Source: an uncultured bacterium (GTDB lineage: Bacteria > Chloroflexota > UBA5177 > JANWHV01). From it: a stretch of DNA of 64,000 nucleotides. The DNA lies in contig CAWHAE010000012.1 of assembly GCA_963827235.1 (NCBI GenBank), forward strand, positions 1,536,001 through 1,600,000, read 5' to 3'. Below are positions 40,945 through 51,265 of this stretch, piece by piece. The position numbers were made by a program, and so were the translations under genes. The notes under the pieces were generated by a model that was given only the letters and a program-made list of their open reading frames with translations, was not told the origin of the DNA and ran no database searches. Each line of letters starts with the position of its first letter. Within the stretch, counting starts at the first letter, position 1.

Positions 40945-43050
40945 TCAGGCCGTGCGCAGCAGACGAGTGGTCGACTTCGCCGGTCCCGTCTCCGTTGCCG
41001 GTCTGCCGGTGTCCAGGGTGAAGTGCTCGACCAGCTCCTTCAGGCTCGCGGCCAGGGCTGCCAGCTCCTGCGCGCCCGCGCTCATCTGCTCCACGCCGGC
41101 GGTCTGTTCCTCCGTGGAAGCCGAGACTTCTTCCGCGCTTGCCGCATTCTCCTCCGTCACCGCGGCAATGGTCTCCATGGCGCTGGCCACCTGCCCGGAC
41201 GCCTCGCGGATCGCCCCCGTCGCCTGCACCGTCTGCTGCGTTGCCTCGTTGACGTCGCCGGCGTCCCGGGCCAGCACCGCCATGGCCGCGTGCATCTGCG
41301 TGGCCGCGCTGCCGATGGCGTGTGCTTCCTTGGTGGTCTGCTCCACCACGCTCAGGATGCTCGCCAGATCGTCGCCCGCGCGGGCTCCTAGCACGGCGCT
41401 CTGCTCCACCTCGCTGCTGCCCTGCTGCATGGCGGCGACGACCTCGGCGATCTGCCGCTGGATGGCGCCTATGCGCGCCGTGATCTCCTTGGTCTCACTC
41501 CCGGCTCGTTCCGCCAGCTTGCGCACCTCGGCGGCCACGACGGTGAACCCCTTGCCATGCTCCCCGGCACGGGCTGCTTCGATCGCCGCGTTGAGGGCCA
41601 GCAGGTTCGTCTGCTCGGCGATATCCTCGATGGCCTCCACGATCTGGCCGATCTCCTGGCTGCGCTGGCCAAGAGCCTGGACCTGTTCGGCGCTCCGGAG
41701 CACGGCCTGTCGCACGACGCCGATGCTCTGCAAGGTCTGGCTCACCGCGCTGCCGCCCTCTTTGGCAGTGGCGGCGGAGCGGTCGGCCGTCTCGGTCACG
41801 GCCGCGACGCTCTGTGTCGTCTCCTGCAGCGTGGCTCCGAGACGCTCCACCGCGGTGTAGGCGCGGCCGACGGCAGCACTCTGCGCGCTCGTGGTGGCGT
41901 CGACGCGCTCGAGCGCCGACGTGAGGGTATGCAGCTGGCCCATGGCCTCCGAGGCGGTCCGGCTCTGCTCGCTGGCACCGCGTGCCACTTCCTCGATCGA
42001 GCGGGCGATCTGCGTGCTGGCCTGGCCCACCTGACTGCTGGCCTGCGCCAACTGGGAGGACCCTTCGTTGACCTGCTCCGCCGAGATCGTGACCTGGCCG
42101 ATCAGTCTGGCCAGGTCCGCGCGGGCCGCCTCGTAGTCGGCGACTGTCTGCTGCACCTTGCCGATGACCTCCCGCATCGCCTCCGCCGTGCGGCCAAGCT
42201 CGTCCCGGCTGGTGCAGCCAGGTGGCGTCGTGCCCGCGCGCGCCGCCATCGTCAGATCCCCCCTGGCAAACGCCTGCATCCCGTTCGCCAGACTGGTCAC
42301 GCACACCCGGCCCAGGCTTTCAGCCGCCATCGTTATGTTGGGAACCGAGCCCAGTATTCCGCGCACGATAATGAGGTTGGCGGCTCCAATGCCCAAACCG
42401 ATCAGACCCACCACCAGATTCTTCTCGAGTATCTCTCGTCTCATCTCCCCCAGCCCGCCAGAGTACAGGTTCACCAGGGTGATGTTCACGACGATGATCA
42501 TCGCTTGTACGCCGAGAACTGTAACCAGTACATTCAGCGCCATCTTGAAGTTCAGGGATAGCACACCGTGCTTCTGGCCGACTGGAATGGAGGAAGACCA
42601 GTTCTCAAGGCGGTTCACGGTGTATCCGTAGAACGGAAGTGAAAACAGTACAATGATCGGGATAGCGACCAATTCTCCCAACAGATACTCGGTCGAAGTT
42701 AGGAACCCGTGTCCCAGCATGCCCGTGTTAGGGCCGATGAGGCAGTAAGGAATCATCGCGAGAATGTAGAACTTCGGAATGCTCAGTATGTCTTTCTGCG
42801 CAGCAGCCAGATCGCCTGGGAGAGGGGATGCGAGATAGCTTGCGATGCGAGATAGCTTGCCATTGACGTAGAAATACACGAACAGGACGTAACCTACCAC
42901 ATATATCCACAGCAGTGGCGACATCGCTATCTGGGCCAAGCCTGCCTCATTGACGATTCCAAGGTAGAGAAGGCCGATCAACCACACCGCGGGGGGCGTA
43001 AGGAAACCGCCAAGAAATCCGACTAAGATCCCGAGTCTCGAGTTCTTCAT
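40945..43050 (-). CDS. Methyl-accepting chemotaxis protein with multi-TM sensor
   Basis: [38 protein letters not shown]; HAMP-like RDELG; about 6 TM helices. Confidence 0.95.
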   Translation of the reverse strand: MKNSRLGILVGFLGGFLTPPAVWLIGLLYLGIVNEAGLAQIAMSPLLWIYVVGYVLFVYFYVNGKLSRIASYLASPLPGDLAAAQKDILSIPKFYILAMIPYCLIGPNTGMLGHGFLTSTEYLLGELVAIPIIVLFSLPFYGYTVNRLENWSSSIPVGQKHGVLSLNFKMALNVLVTVLGVQAMIIVVNITLVNLYSGGLGEMRREILEKNLVVGLIGLGIGAANLIIVRGILGSVPNITMAAESLGRVCVTSLANGMQAFARGDLTMAARAGTTPPGCTSRDELGRTAEAMREVIGKVQQTVADYEAARADLARLIGQVTISAEQVNEGSSQLAQASSQVGQASTQIARSIEEVARGASEQSRTASEAMGQLHTLTSALERVDATTSAQSAAVGRAYTAVERLGATLQETTQSVAAVTETADRSAATAKEGGSAVSQTLQSIGVVRQAVLRSAEQVQALGQRSQEIGQIVEAIEDIAEQTNLLALNAAIEAARAGEHGKGFTVVAAEVRKLAERAGSETKEITARIGAIQRQIAEVVAAMQQGSSEVEQSAVLGARAGDDLASILSVVEQTTKEAHAIGSAATQMHAAMAVLARDAGDVNEATQQTVQATGAIREASGQVASAMETIAAVTEENAASAEEVSASTEEQTAGVEQMSAGAQELAALAASLKELVEHFTLDTGRPATETGPAKSTTRLLRTA

Positions 43051-43492
43051 TGCCTTATCCTTCTCCCCTGAGCGAGGGTCCACCGCTCTGGGGCAATCTC
43101 CTCAGCCGCCATGTGCTCCCTGGCGCCTACCTTCTTCCCGCAGCGCGCAGCATGAAGCGGCCGATAAATGTTGACTCCCTGCGCAGGTTCCCGAACCGGG
43201 TCAACCGTCGAATCTCCACTCGCGGGCCATCCCACCGCTCCGGCGCCCGCCGTCTCCCGGGTCGCGGGTTCGCCGATCGCGTCACAGCAGTACGCGTTCG
43301 GGCTCCTCATACTACGCATGGCAAAGGTCATTGGGCCAGATGCCAGATCGTAGGGTCCGGAACGGGCTACCAAACGTCGCAAGCGCGTCAGGTCGTGCGC
43401 GGCCCAGCGGTACCGGGTCATTGCGCAGCAGATAGAGCGGCGCTATGATCGCTCCGCGTGGGGCGAAGGCCGGGAGAATTGGCGGGTCGAGC

Positions 43493-46400
43493 ATGGCTGG
43501 CGAGTATCTGACCAGCACGCAGGTGGCGCGACTTCTGGGCATCTCGAAGAGCGGTGTGCTGCGGGCCGTGGACGCGGGCCAGCTACACGCCGTCTACCGC
43601 ATGCCGGGCGGCGCTCACCGCTTCATGTTGCCCGACGTGGAGCGCTACGCGCAGTGGCGGGAGCTGCGCCAGAAGGTGGAGGAGCAGGCCAAGGCGGTGC
43701 TGCGGACCGAGGCACTGCAGGTCGCCGCGAATGGCGGATCGGAGATGGCGGGCTGGATGGAGCGACTGGCCGGGGTAACGGGGGAGGGAGAAGCCGACGC
43801 CGGGACGGAGATCGGCAATCTGCTGGCCTTGCTGGCGGACAGCCTGCAAGTCGGCGCGACCCTGCTCGCCCGGTGCGAGGATCGGGCATGGCCCATCGCC
43901 TACGTGCACGACCGTGCCGGTCTAGGACTGCAGGCCGGCAGCCTGCTGCCCTGGCCGGAGGTGCTCACGCGGGCGCTTGGAGCGGGACCGTCGGCGGCGC
44001 TGCTGGTCGAGGATGTACGGACCGATGCCCGGCTTGCCCTCATGGCGGAGCCGGCACAGCTGGGCGTAGGCACGCTCACCGCGGTGCCGGTGCACACGAC
44101 GGACGGACAGCTCTTTGGTGGCCTGTGCACGCTGCACCCTGCCACGCGGACCGTGCCGGGCGGGGAGGTAGCGCTGCTGCGCCTGGCCGGGCGGATGGCC
44201 ATGCAGGCGGTGGAGGAGGCCGGACTGCGCGAACGGGAGCGGCAGGCGGCGCAGCGGGCGGCCCGCTTGGCGGCCATCGTGGAGCAGTCGGGCGATGCCG
44301 TCTTCCGCATGTCGGCGTCCGGCCGGATCGAGACCTGGAATGCGGGTGCCGTCCGGCTCTACGGGTATGAGGAAGAGGAGGTGATCGGCCAGAGCATCCG
44401 CATGCTGGCGCCCGCCGAGCGCGCACACGAACAGTCGATCGTGTTGGAGCGACTCGGGCATGGCCAGGACATCGTGGACTTCGAGACGGTACGACGGCAC
44501 AAAGGCGGCAGTCCGATCGACGTCTCGATGACCATCTCCGGCATTTGGGACGCGGACGGCCGGCTGCTGGGCGGCTCGGTGATCTCGCGGGACATCGGCG
44601 ATCGGATGCGAGCGCGCCGAGCGCAGGAGGAGCAGGCGCAGGAGGATGCGGCGGTAGCGGCGGTCAGCGCCGCGCTGGCGGGCTCCCTGGACCTCGACGA
44701 GGTCTCTCAGGCTATCGTGGACCAGGCGGCCCGTCTGCTCCCCTGTGACCTTGCCGCTGTCCTGGAATACCAGGGTGAGACGGCGGTCGTGGCCGCCAGC
44801 TCCGGTCCCTTGCGGGTCCCGGCAGGCGATCGCTACACGTGGCAGCCGGATACCAAGGGGCGGTGGTCCGACATGACCCAGGCAAGACTGTATGTGCCGG
44901 ACATGGCCGCCGAATCAGGCCGGCAAGCCGTGGATGCCGGTGCATCCGGCCCGGCCCTGCGCAGCGTCGTGCACGTGCCGCTGGCGCAGCAAGGAGAAGC
45001 GGCCGGGTGCCTGATCGTCGCCAGCCTGGCGCCCCACGCCTATTCGGCACGGCACGTCCGGCTGGCGGTCAGATTGGGCGAGTATGCCGCCCGGGCTCTG
45101 AGCAATGCTCGGCTCTACGCCTCATTGCGCCGCAGCGAGCAGGACTTCCGCTTGCTGGCGGAGAACTCCGCGGACGTGATCGCGCGACTCTCGCCGGACC
45201 TGATCGTGCGCTACGTCTCGCCCGCCGTGCGCTTGCTGCTGGGCTACGAGCCGGCGCAGGTGGTGGGCCGGCAGGTCGTGGACCACGTTCACCCCGACGA
45301 CCGGGAGGCCTACGCCCGCGCCGTGGGGCGGGTCCTCGCCGAGCCGGTAACTGAGGCCATCACCTATCAGCATCGGCACGCGGACGGCCGCTATGTCTGG
45401 GTGGAGTCGACCGGCCATGCCGTACGGGATCCGGCTACGGGCGCGGTGCTGGAGATCCAGGCTGCCGTGCGGGACATCTCGGTGCGCAAGCAGGCCGAGG
45501 AGGCGCTGCGGCAGGTGGCGGAGGAGCGCGCCGAACGGGCGGCGGTAGCGGAGGCCCTGGCCGAGGCCGGCGCCTTGCTCGCCAGCTCACTGGACGTGGA
45601 GCACATCCACGACGCCATTCTGCAGGCGCTGCCCCGGCTGGTGCCCAGCACGACGACGCACGTCGTCGTCTACCGCGAGGGCTGGGCCGTGGTCGCGGGC
45701 GCGCATGGTACGCCGCGGCTGCCGGTCGGGACGCGGCTGGCCCGGCTGGAGGGCGCTGAAGGCATGTTCCCGCAGTCGCCGGAGCAGGCCCGCTTGCTGC
45801 ACGAGACGCGCGGGGCGCCGGGCTGGCAGAACATCGACCCCTGGGTGGGCGAGCAGGAGACACGCAGTGCCATCCTGCAGCCGATCATCGTGCGCGGCGA
45901 GACGTATGGTGCCCTCGGTCTGGGCAGCGTGACACCGTACCGCTTCACCGAACGCCACGTCTACATTGCCCAAGCCTTTGCCGAGCGGCTGGGCCAGGCG
46001 CTTTGGAATGCTCGGCTCTACCAGTTGGAGCAGGAGCGGGCCCGGGCCGCGGAACGCCTTGCCGCGCTGCGCAATGACTTTGTCACCGCGGTGAACCATG
46101 AGCTGCGCACACCGCTGACCGCCGCGCTGGGCTATGCGGAGCTGCTGGCGGGACAGTGGTCCCAGTTGAGCGATGCGCAGCGGCAGCTGCACGTGCAGCG
46201 TATCGTCCTGGCGGCGAACCGCCAGAAGCGGCTGATCGACGATTTGCTGCGGGCCGGCACGTACGAGGAGCATCAGCTGAGTGCCCGGCAGGAACATGTA
46301 CGCGTGCTGGAGGTGGTAGCACGGGCCAGGGCGCTGGCGAACGCCAGCTATGCGGAACAGCGCATCGACGCCGTGGGATCGCCGGATCTGGAGGCCGTGG

Positions 46401-46822
46401 CCGACCCGTCCCATCTGGAGCAGGTGCTGGTTAACCTGCTGGACAATGCCGCCAAGTACTCTCCTGAAGGCAGTCCCATCGAGGTACGCTGGGCGACGGA
46501 GGACGGCATGGCGGTCATCCGGGTGCGCGACCATGGACACGGCATCCCGGAGGAGGGACGTGGCATCCTGTTCACGCGTTTTGGCCGCCTGCCGGGGAGC
46601 GGCATGCGGCCCGGCCGTGTCGGTACCGGCCTGGGTCTCTACCTGGGTCGTGCCTACGCGGAAGCCATGGGCGGCTCGCTCGACCTGGAGGTCACAGGAG
46701 CGAGCGGCAGTATCTTCTGCCTCCGGCTGCCCGTTCACTGCCCTGAAACGGCCGGCCGGGAGTGTTGCGGCGAGGGTACTGCCCGGGCCGCCCCCCGCTC
46801 GCCCGCTGCCAATCGGGTGTGA
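43493..46822 (+). CDS. Cytoplasmic sensor kinase: excisionase-like HTH + GAF-PAS-GAF-PAS-GAF + HisKA/HATPase
   Basis: YLTSTQVARLLGIS..PGGAHRF; PAS motifs WNAGAVRLYGY and VHPDD; VNHELRTPL, GTGLGL. Confidence 0.9.
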   Translation: MAGEYLTSTQVARLLGISKSGVLRAVDAGQLHAVYRMPGGAHRFMLPDVERYAQWRELRQKVEEQAKAVLRTEALQVAANGGSEMAGWMERLAGVTGEGEADAGTEIGNLLALLADSLQVGATLLARCEDRAWPIAYVHDRAGLGLQAGSLLPWPEVLTRALGAGPSAALLVEDVRTDARLALMAEPAQLGVGTLTAVPVHTTDGQLFGGLCTLHPATRTVPGGEVALLRLAGRMAMQAVEEAGLRERERQAAQRAARLAAIVEQSGDAVFRMSASGRIETWNAGAVRLYGYEEEEVIGQSIRMLAPAERAHEQSIVLERLGHGQDIVDFETVRRHKGGSPIDVSMTISGIWDADGRLLGGSVISRDIGDRMRARRAQEEQAQEDAAVAAVSAALAGSLDLDEVSQAIVDQAARLLPCDLAAVLEYQGETAVVAASSGPLRVPAGDRYTWQPDTKGRWSDMTQARLYVPDMAAESGRQAVDAGASGPALRSVVHVPLAQQGEAAGCLIVASLAPHAYSARHVRLAVRLGEYAARALSNARLYASLRRSEQDFRLLAENSADVIARLSPDLIVRYVSPAVRLLLGYEPAQVVGRQVVDHVHPDDREAYARAVGRVLAEPVTEAITYQHRHADGRYVWVESTGHAVRDPATGAVLEIQAAVRDISVRKQAEEALRQVAEERAERAAVAEALAEAGALLASSLDVEHIHDAILQALPRLVPSTTTHVVVYREGWAVVAGAHGTPRLPVGTRLARLEGAEGMFPQSPEQARLLHETRGAPGWQNIDPWVGEQETRSAILQPIIVRGETYGALGLGSVTPYRFTERHVYIAQAFAERLGQALWNARLYQLEQERARAAERLAALRNDFVTAVNHELRTPLTAALGYAELLAGQWSQLSDAQRQLHVQRIVLAANRQKRLIDDLLRAGTYEEHQLSARQEHVRVLEVVARARALANASYAEQRIDAVGSPDLEAVADPSHLEQVLVNLLDNAAKYSPEGSPIEVRWATEDGMAVIRVRDHGHGIPEEGRGILFTRFGRLPGSGMRPGRVGTGLGLYLGRAYAEAMGGSLDLEVTGASGSIFCLRLPVHCPETAGRECCGEGTARAAPRSPAANRV

Positions 46823-46886
46823 TGGCAGCACCGGATAGCCTGGCCGTGGGCCTGTCCGCGTGGAAGCATCCCATGGGACCACCTGC

Positions 46887-47162
46887 TCATGCCGGCTTCA
46901 TGTAGTCGTGATTCCTGTTCACAACCTCAAAGCCAACTGATTCATAGAGGCATATCGCCGCTCTATTCGACTCGCCGCGCCGAAACCCGTGCCGCTCCAG
47001 AAAGGCAATGCGCCGGGCATCGTCCTGCCGGGCCATAGCGATACAGGGGTCGCCCCAGCGCGTCGGGTCGCGCCGGCGGAGCAGGCTGAGACGGCTTTCT
47101 GCCCAGTCTAGCGCTTCCTCCTCGATGCCCGTCCAGGCATACTCTACAGCTTGGCTGCGGCA
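46887..47162 (-). pseudogene. Internally deleted tandem-GNAT acetyltransferase remnant (not in the ORF track)
   Basis: Frame reads ALDWAESRL..DDARRIAFLERHGF fused to NRAAICLYESVGF..KPA stop; no start codon. Confidence 0.6.
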
Positions 47163-47574
47163 TCAATGTTCGCAATACAGGTCACTGCACCGCAGAACGG
47201 TGCGCCATCGACGTGCTACATGGCGTCTGGCTACGAAACAACCGCGGGGGACGCGCACATCTGACCGCTTGTACCTTTCAAGGCCGCATGGCCGGCCTAT
47301 TTACCGGCCAGCAGGCAAGCACAACGCTGGTGGACTGCGCCTTTGTGGCCGAGGAGCATCCGATCGTCTTTCGCCTTGATCATCGGGGAAGCATATCCGT
47401 CAACGGTAACGCTGCGACGGACAGTGCCGTTTCCGGCCTGGTAGTACGTGAGATGGGCATGCATCACGCTGCTACTTCTCCGGAGTCGCACGAACCTGAA
47501 GCACCGTGAACAAGTGTGTAGCTATCGGCGCATCGATTACGCCGAGCTTGACTCCGTGCCACGGCCCAGTAGGG

Positions 47575-47777
47575 CTGCGGCACTGCGAGCCATGCGAGCA
47601 GAAGCGGATGCGGAGAGCGTGCGCACCATAGCGATACCCCGGATCGGAGCAGGCTACGGCGGTCTCTCCTGGAAACGCGTGCGCGTGGTAATCGAGTCAG
47701 TGTTCGCCGATTGGCGCGGTGTGCTCTTCGTGTACGAGGAGTACGTCCCCGAGAGCACCGATCGGTCGGTGTCGTAG
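47575..47777 (+). pseudogene. C-terminal remnant of a macro domain (ADP-ribose processing)
   Basis: TIAIPRIGAGYGGLSW..V..VIE..F..W....VYE motif; N-terminal half absent. Confidence 0.7.
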
Positions 47778-47955
47778 CCAACCAGCGGAAGCCCGTCCGG
47801 TTCGTGCCTGAGCACAAGCTCTGGCGGGGGCCGCTGTCTGTACCACGCGCGCGCCGTTCGCGTGCGCCGGCTTCGCCTGCAGCATCATGCGCTTCTGTGC
47901 TTATAGACCACCTGGCCTGCCGACGGCCACAGACCGTACTAGCTCATTAGAGCTC

Positions 47956-49605
47956 TCAGATTGATCGCGCGAGGGAGTGCAAGACGATAGCTTGCGCCTG
48001 GTCAACGATTGCGTCGAGGTGACCTTGATCCTTGAAGCTCTCCGCGTAGATCTTGTAGATGTCCTCGGTGCCGGACGGCCGCGCCGCGAACCAGCCGTTG
48101 GCCGACACGACCTTGAGACCATCGATGGGCGCGTCGTTGCCGGGTGCGCGCGTGAACTTGGCGATGATGGGCTCGCCCGCCAACTCAGTGGCGGCGACGG
48201 CATCCGGTGCTAGCTTGCTCAGCACAGCTTTCTGCGCCGGCGTGGCCGCCACGTCCACGCGGGTGTACCACGCCATGCCAAGGTCATTGGTGATCTCTAG
48301 GTAGTGTTCTCCAGGATCCTTGCCGGAGCACGCGGTGATCTCGGCAGCGAGCAGGTCCAGGAGCAAACCATCTTTGTCCGTGGTCCAAACGGAGCCGTCT
48401 TTGCGCAAGAAGCTGGCACCGGCACTCTCCTCGCCCCCGAAGCAGAGGGTACTGTCGAGCAGTCCCGGCACGAACCACTTGAATCCCACAGGGACCTCCA
48501 TCAGGCGCCTGCCTTGCTGCGCCGCCACTCGATCGATGCTGCTGCTGCTGACCACCGTCTTGCCGACCGCACACCCGGCCGACCAGCCAGGACGGTGGCC
48601 CAAGAGGTAGCGGATGGCGACTGCAAGATAGTGGTTGGGGTTGAGCAGCCCGACGGAAGGGGCGACGATGCCGTGGCGGTCCGCGTCAGGATCCGCGCCA
48701 AACGCCACCTGGTAGCGGTCCTTGAGCCCGATCAGGCCGGCCATGGCGTAGGGGCTCGAACAGTCCATGCGGATGACGCCGTCGTGATCCACGGTCATGA
48801 AGCCGAAGGTCGGGTCGAGCCGCTGATTGACTACCGTGAGGTCCAGGTGGTAGAGCTCGGCAATCCGCGACCAGTAGGGCAGGGAGGCACCGCCCAGCGG
48901 ATCCACGCCGAGCTTGAGACCGGCATCGCGCACGACCCGCAGGTCAAGCACGTTCTCGAGATCCTGCACGTAGGACAGGACGAAGTCGACCTGATGCGTG
49001 GTTGCCGCGTGCAACGCCTGATCGAATGAAAGGCGCCGGACCTGAGCGTTGGCGGTACGGAGCAACTCGTTGGCGCGGTCCTGGATCCAGCCGGTCACCG
49101 TCGTGTCCGCCGGGCCACCGCTTGGCGGGTTGTACTTGAAGCCGCCGTCGCCCGGCGGGTTGTGCGACGGCGAGGCGATGATGCCGTCGGCATGCCGTGC
49201 GCCAGACGACCGATTATGGCTCAGGATGGCATGCGATATGACCGGTACCGGCGTCACGCCGTCGTCCTGCTGTACGACGGTCTCCACGCCGTTCGCGGCA
49301 AGCACTTCAAGGGCCGTCCGCTGGGCCGGTCCAGAAAGCGCGTGCGTATCCTTCCCGAGGTAGAGCGGACCCGCGATATCCCGGCCACGCCGATAGTCAC
49401 AGATGGCCTGCGTAATCGCCAGAATATGGGCTTCGGTGAAGGAGCCGTCCGTGGGTGTGCCACGATGACCGCTCGTGCCGAAATGCACGAGCTGGCCTGG
49501 ATCATCCAGATTGGGTTCGCGCGTGTAGTACTGCCGCTCAAGCGAGGCCACGTCGATGAGCAGATCTGCAGGAGCCGGCTTACCCGCCAGGGGACTGATG
49601 CTCAT
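47956..49605 (-). CDS. pgm: Phosphoglucomutase
   Basis: [46 protein letters not shown]. Confidence 0.97.
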   Translation of the reverse strand: MSISPLAGKPAPADLLIDVASLERQYYTREPNLDDPGQLVHFGTSGHRGTPTDGSFTEAHILAITQAICDYRRGRDIAGPLYLGKDTHALSGPAQRTALEVLAANGVETVVQQDDGVTPVPVISHAILSHNRSSGARHADGIIASPSHNPPGDGGFKYNPPSGGPADTTVTGWIQDRANELLRTANAQVRRLSFDQALHAATTHQVDFVLSYVQDLENVLDLRVVRDAGLKLGVDPLGGASLPYWSRIAELYHLDLTVVNQRLDPTFGFMTVDHDGVIRMDCSSPYAMAGLIGLKDRYQVAFGADPDADRHGIVAPSVGLLNPNHYLAVAIRYLLGHRPGWSAGCAVGKTVVSSSSIDRVAAQQGRRLMEVPVGFKWFVPGLLDSTLCFGGEESAGASFLRKDGSVWTTDKDGLLLDLLAAEITACSGKDPGEHYLEITNDLGMAWYTRVDVAATPAQKAVLSKLAPDAVAATELAGEPIIAKFTRAPGNDAPIDGLKVVSANGWFAARPSGTEDIYKIYAESFKDQGHLDAIVDQAQAIVLHSLARSI

Positions 49606-49782
49606 ACGATGCTCCCTGTTCTCATGCGTGCTCGAGTCCTACCGTTCCACCCTTTCATAGTACGCGTCGACCGTGTCAGGGACCACGTAGCGAACACGCC
49701 TCGCAGCCGCTCGGCAGCACAGAACGGGGGCAGTCGTCACGGCAGTCTTGAACGGCCCAGCGCTGAAACATACTAGTAGCGC

Positions 49783-50037
49783 GTGTACAGCAAGCAGCGC
49801 GCTACGCTCAAGAAGATCTTTGACACGCCTACACGTACGGATATTGATTGGTCAGCCATCGAAAGCCTGTTCGAGGCGCTTGGTGCGGTGATGAAAGGCA
49901 CGGGCGGCTCGCGGGTTGGGGTGAAACTCGGTGGTCGGTATGCAGTCTTTCACCGTCCCCATCCGCAGCCCAACATCGACAAGGGCACCGTGGAGCGCGT
50001 GCGTGACTTCCTTGAGAAAGCTGGAGCAAGGCCATGA
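49783..50037 (+). CDS. hicA: HicA-family toxin
   Basis: IDWSAIESLF..LGA..GSRV..FHRPHP. Confidence 0.88.
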   Translation: MYSKQRATLKKIFDTPTRTDIDWSAIESLFEALGAVMKGTGGSRVGVKLGGRYAVFHRPHPQPNIDKGTVERVRDFLEKAGARP

Positions 50038-50252
50038 TGTACAAGGGCTACGTCGGTTCGGTGATGTACGACGATGACGCCGGCATGCTGTTCGGCACCG
50101 TGACCAACATTGACGACGTGATCACGTTCCAGGGCGCCAGTGTCGAGGAGATCCGCCAGGCCTTCCGCGACTCAGTGGATTTCTACCTGGAGTTTTGCGC
50201 TGAACAGGGTGACACGCCACAGCAGCCGCGGCCGGTGCAAGTCGCAAGCTGA
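50034..50252 (+). CDS. hicB: HicB-family antitoxin, short form with no C-terminal DNA-binding domain
   Basis: YKGYVG..YDD..FG.V..I.DVITFQG.SVEE..AF..SVD.YLEFC; ATGA overlap with hicA. Confidence 0.88.
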   Translation: MMYKGYVGSVMYDDDAGMLFGTVTNIDDVITFQGASVEEIRQAFRDSVDFYLEFCAEQGDTPQQPRPVQVAS

Positions 50253-50300
50253 AGAGGGAGCTGACCCGGTCCGGGTTTCCCTTCCCGCAAGAGCGGGGTA

Positions 50301-51065
50301 CTACGTGCCAAGTCTGAGCCGATGCCCGGCAAAGAACGGGCACCAGTCAGCGGTACCGGGCTCGTTGAAGACGCAGCAGACGTCGAGGTCCGGCCAACCG
50401 GCAAGATACACCCAGACACTTCGCGCTGCCGGGGAAGCAAGGCCTTCCGGGAACAGCGCGACCAGCTGTTGGTAGGGCCGATCGACGACGAAGTCAAGCT
50501 GGATGATAGGGGTCGATGCGGTGTCGAGGGAGACAACTTCGAATTTGGGTCGGCGGGTGGTGTCTAGGTCAAGCTCGACGCCGGCACCCAGCTCGTCACG
50601 CGCGGCAGGGAGGATGAAATCCCATGGCTCACCCGTGGGAAAGGTGAAGTACGCGCAGTGTGGGGCCAGCACGTCCCGCAGCATTGCCATGGCGGGGTGG
50701 AGACCGTCGAACCACGGCAGGTCAAACCCAACATGGTCGAGCGTGGTACACGTTACGGCACGGAGCCGGTCGCGGAGCTGCGTGGGTGCAATCGCCGTGT
50801 ACCGATAGGGGCTGCGTCGCACGGTTCCCGTCGCGTTCACCAGGGCAACTTCCAGGCCGCGATCGTCAAGCAGGAAGCGTGCCCTGGGCGTCGCGGCAGG
50901 TGTAAACCGCAGGGTCACCAACGGCAGATACTCGGGTCGCGAGGGGGTGAGCGCGATCGTCGCATCCTGCCTCGTCCCAAAGGGAGCAAGCAGGTCGAAT
51001 ACAGCGTCGGCCAGGCGTGCCTCAACTGCCGGCACTACAAGCTCGATGGCCGTTAGGCAGTCCAT
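50301..51065 (-). CDS. Hypothetical protein (possibly VOC-like)
   Basis: About 254-aa ORF with LDHVGFDLP and FPTGEPWDFILP; no family recognised with confidence. Confidence 0.6.
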   Translation of the reverse strand: MDCLTAIELVVPAVEARLADAVFDLLAPFGTRQDATIALTPSRPEYLPLVTLRFTPAATPRARFLLDDRGLEVALVNATGTVRRSPYRYTAIAPTQLRDRLRAVTCTTLDHVGFDLPWFDGLHPAMAMLRDVLAPHCAYFTFPTGEPWDFILPAARDELGAGVELDLDTTRRPKFEVVSLDTASTPIIQLDFVVDRPYQQLVALFPEGLASPAARSVWVYLAGWPDLDVCCVFNEPGTADWCPFFAGHRLRLGT

Positions 51066-51265
51066 GTGCTGCAATGTAGCGTCAGCATCGGAAGGCAGGC
51101 TAGCAGTGTGAAGCTGATTACATGCTGGCGTGGAGGGGACGCTCGGGGCGCCAGATTCTTCCCATTTGAAGGTGCAGCACGGCGAGCTCGAGGGGCCTTC
51201 AGCTGCGGTGGAACGCATCAGAACCCTAGGATGGACTGCTCACCCTGGGACAATCCATCGGCCTC

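Noticed and set aside
43160-43167. Sigma-28 promoter (GCCGATAA) for the MCP
   Set aside because: Wrong strand for the MCP and no TAAA -35 at the expected spacing
43180-43380. c-di-GMP or c-di-AMP riboswitch upstream of the MCP
   Set aside because: Only isolated words (GGCAAA, CCCGAACC) are present; the conserved stems and order are not
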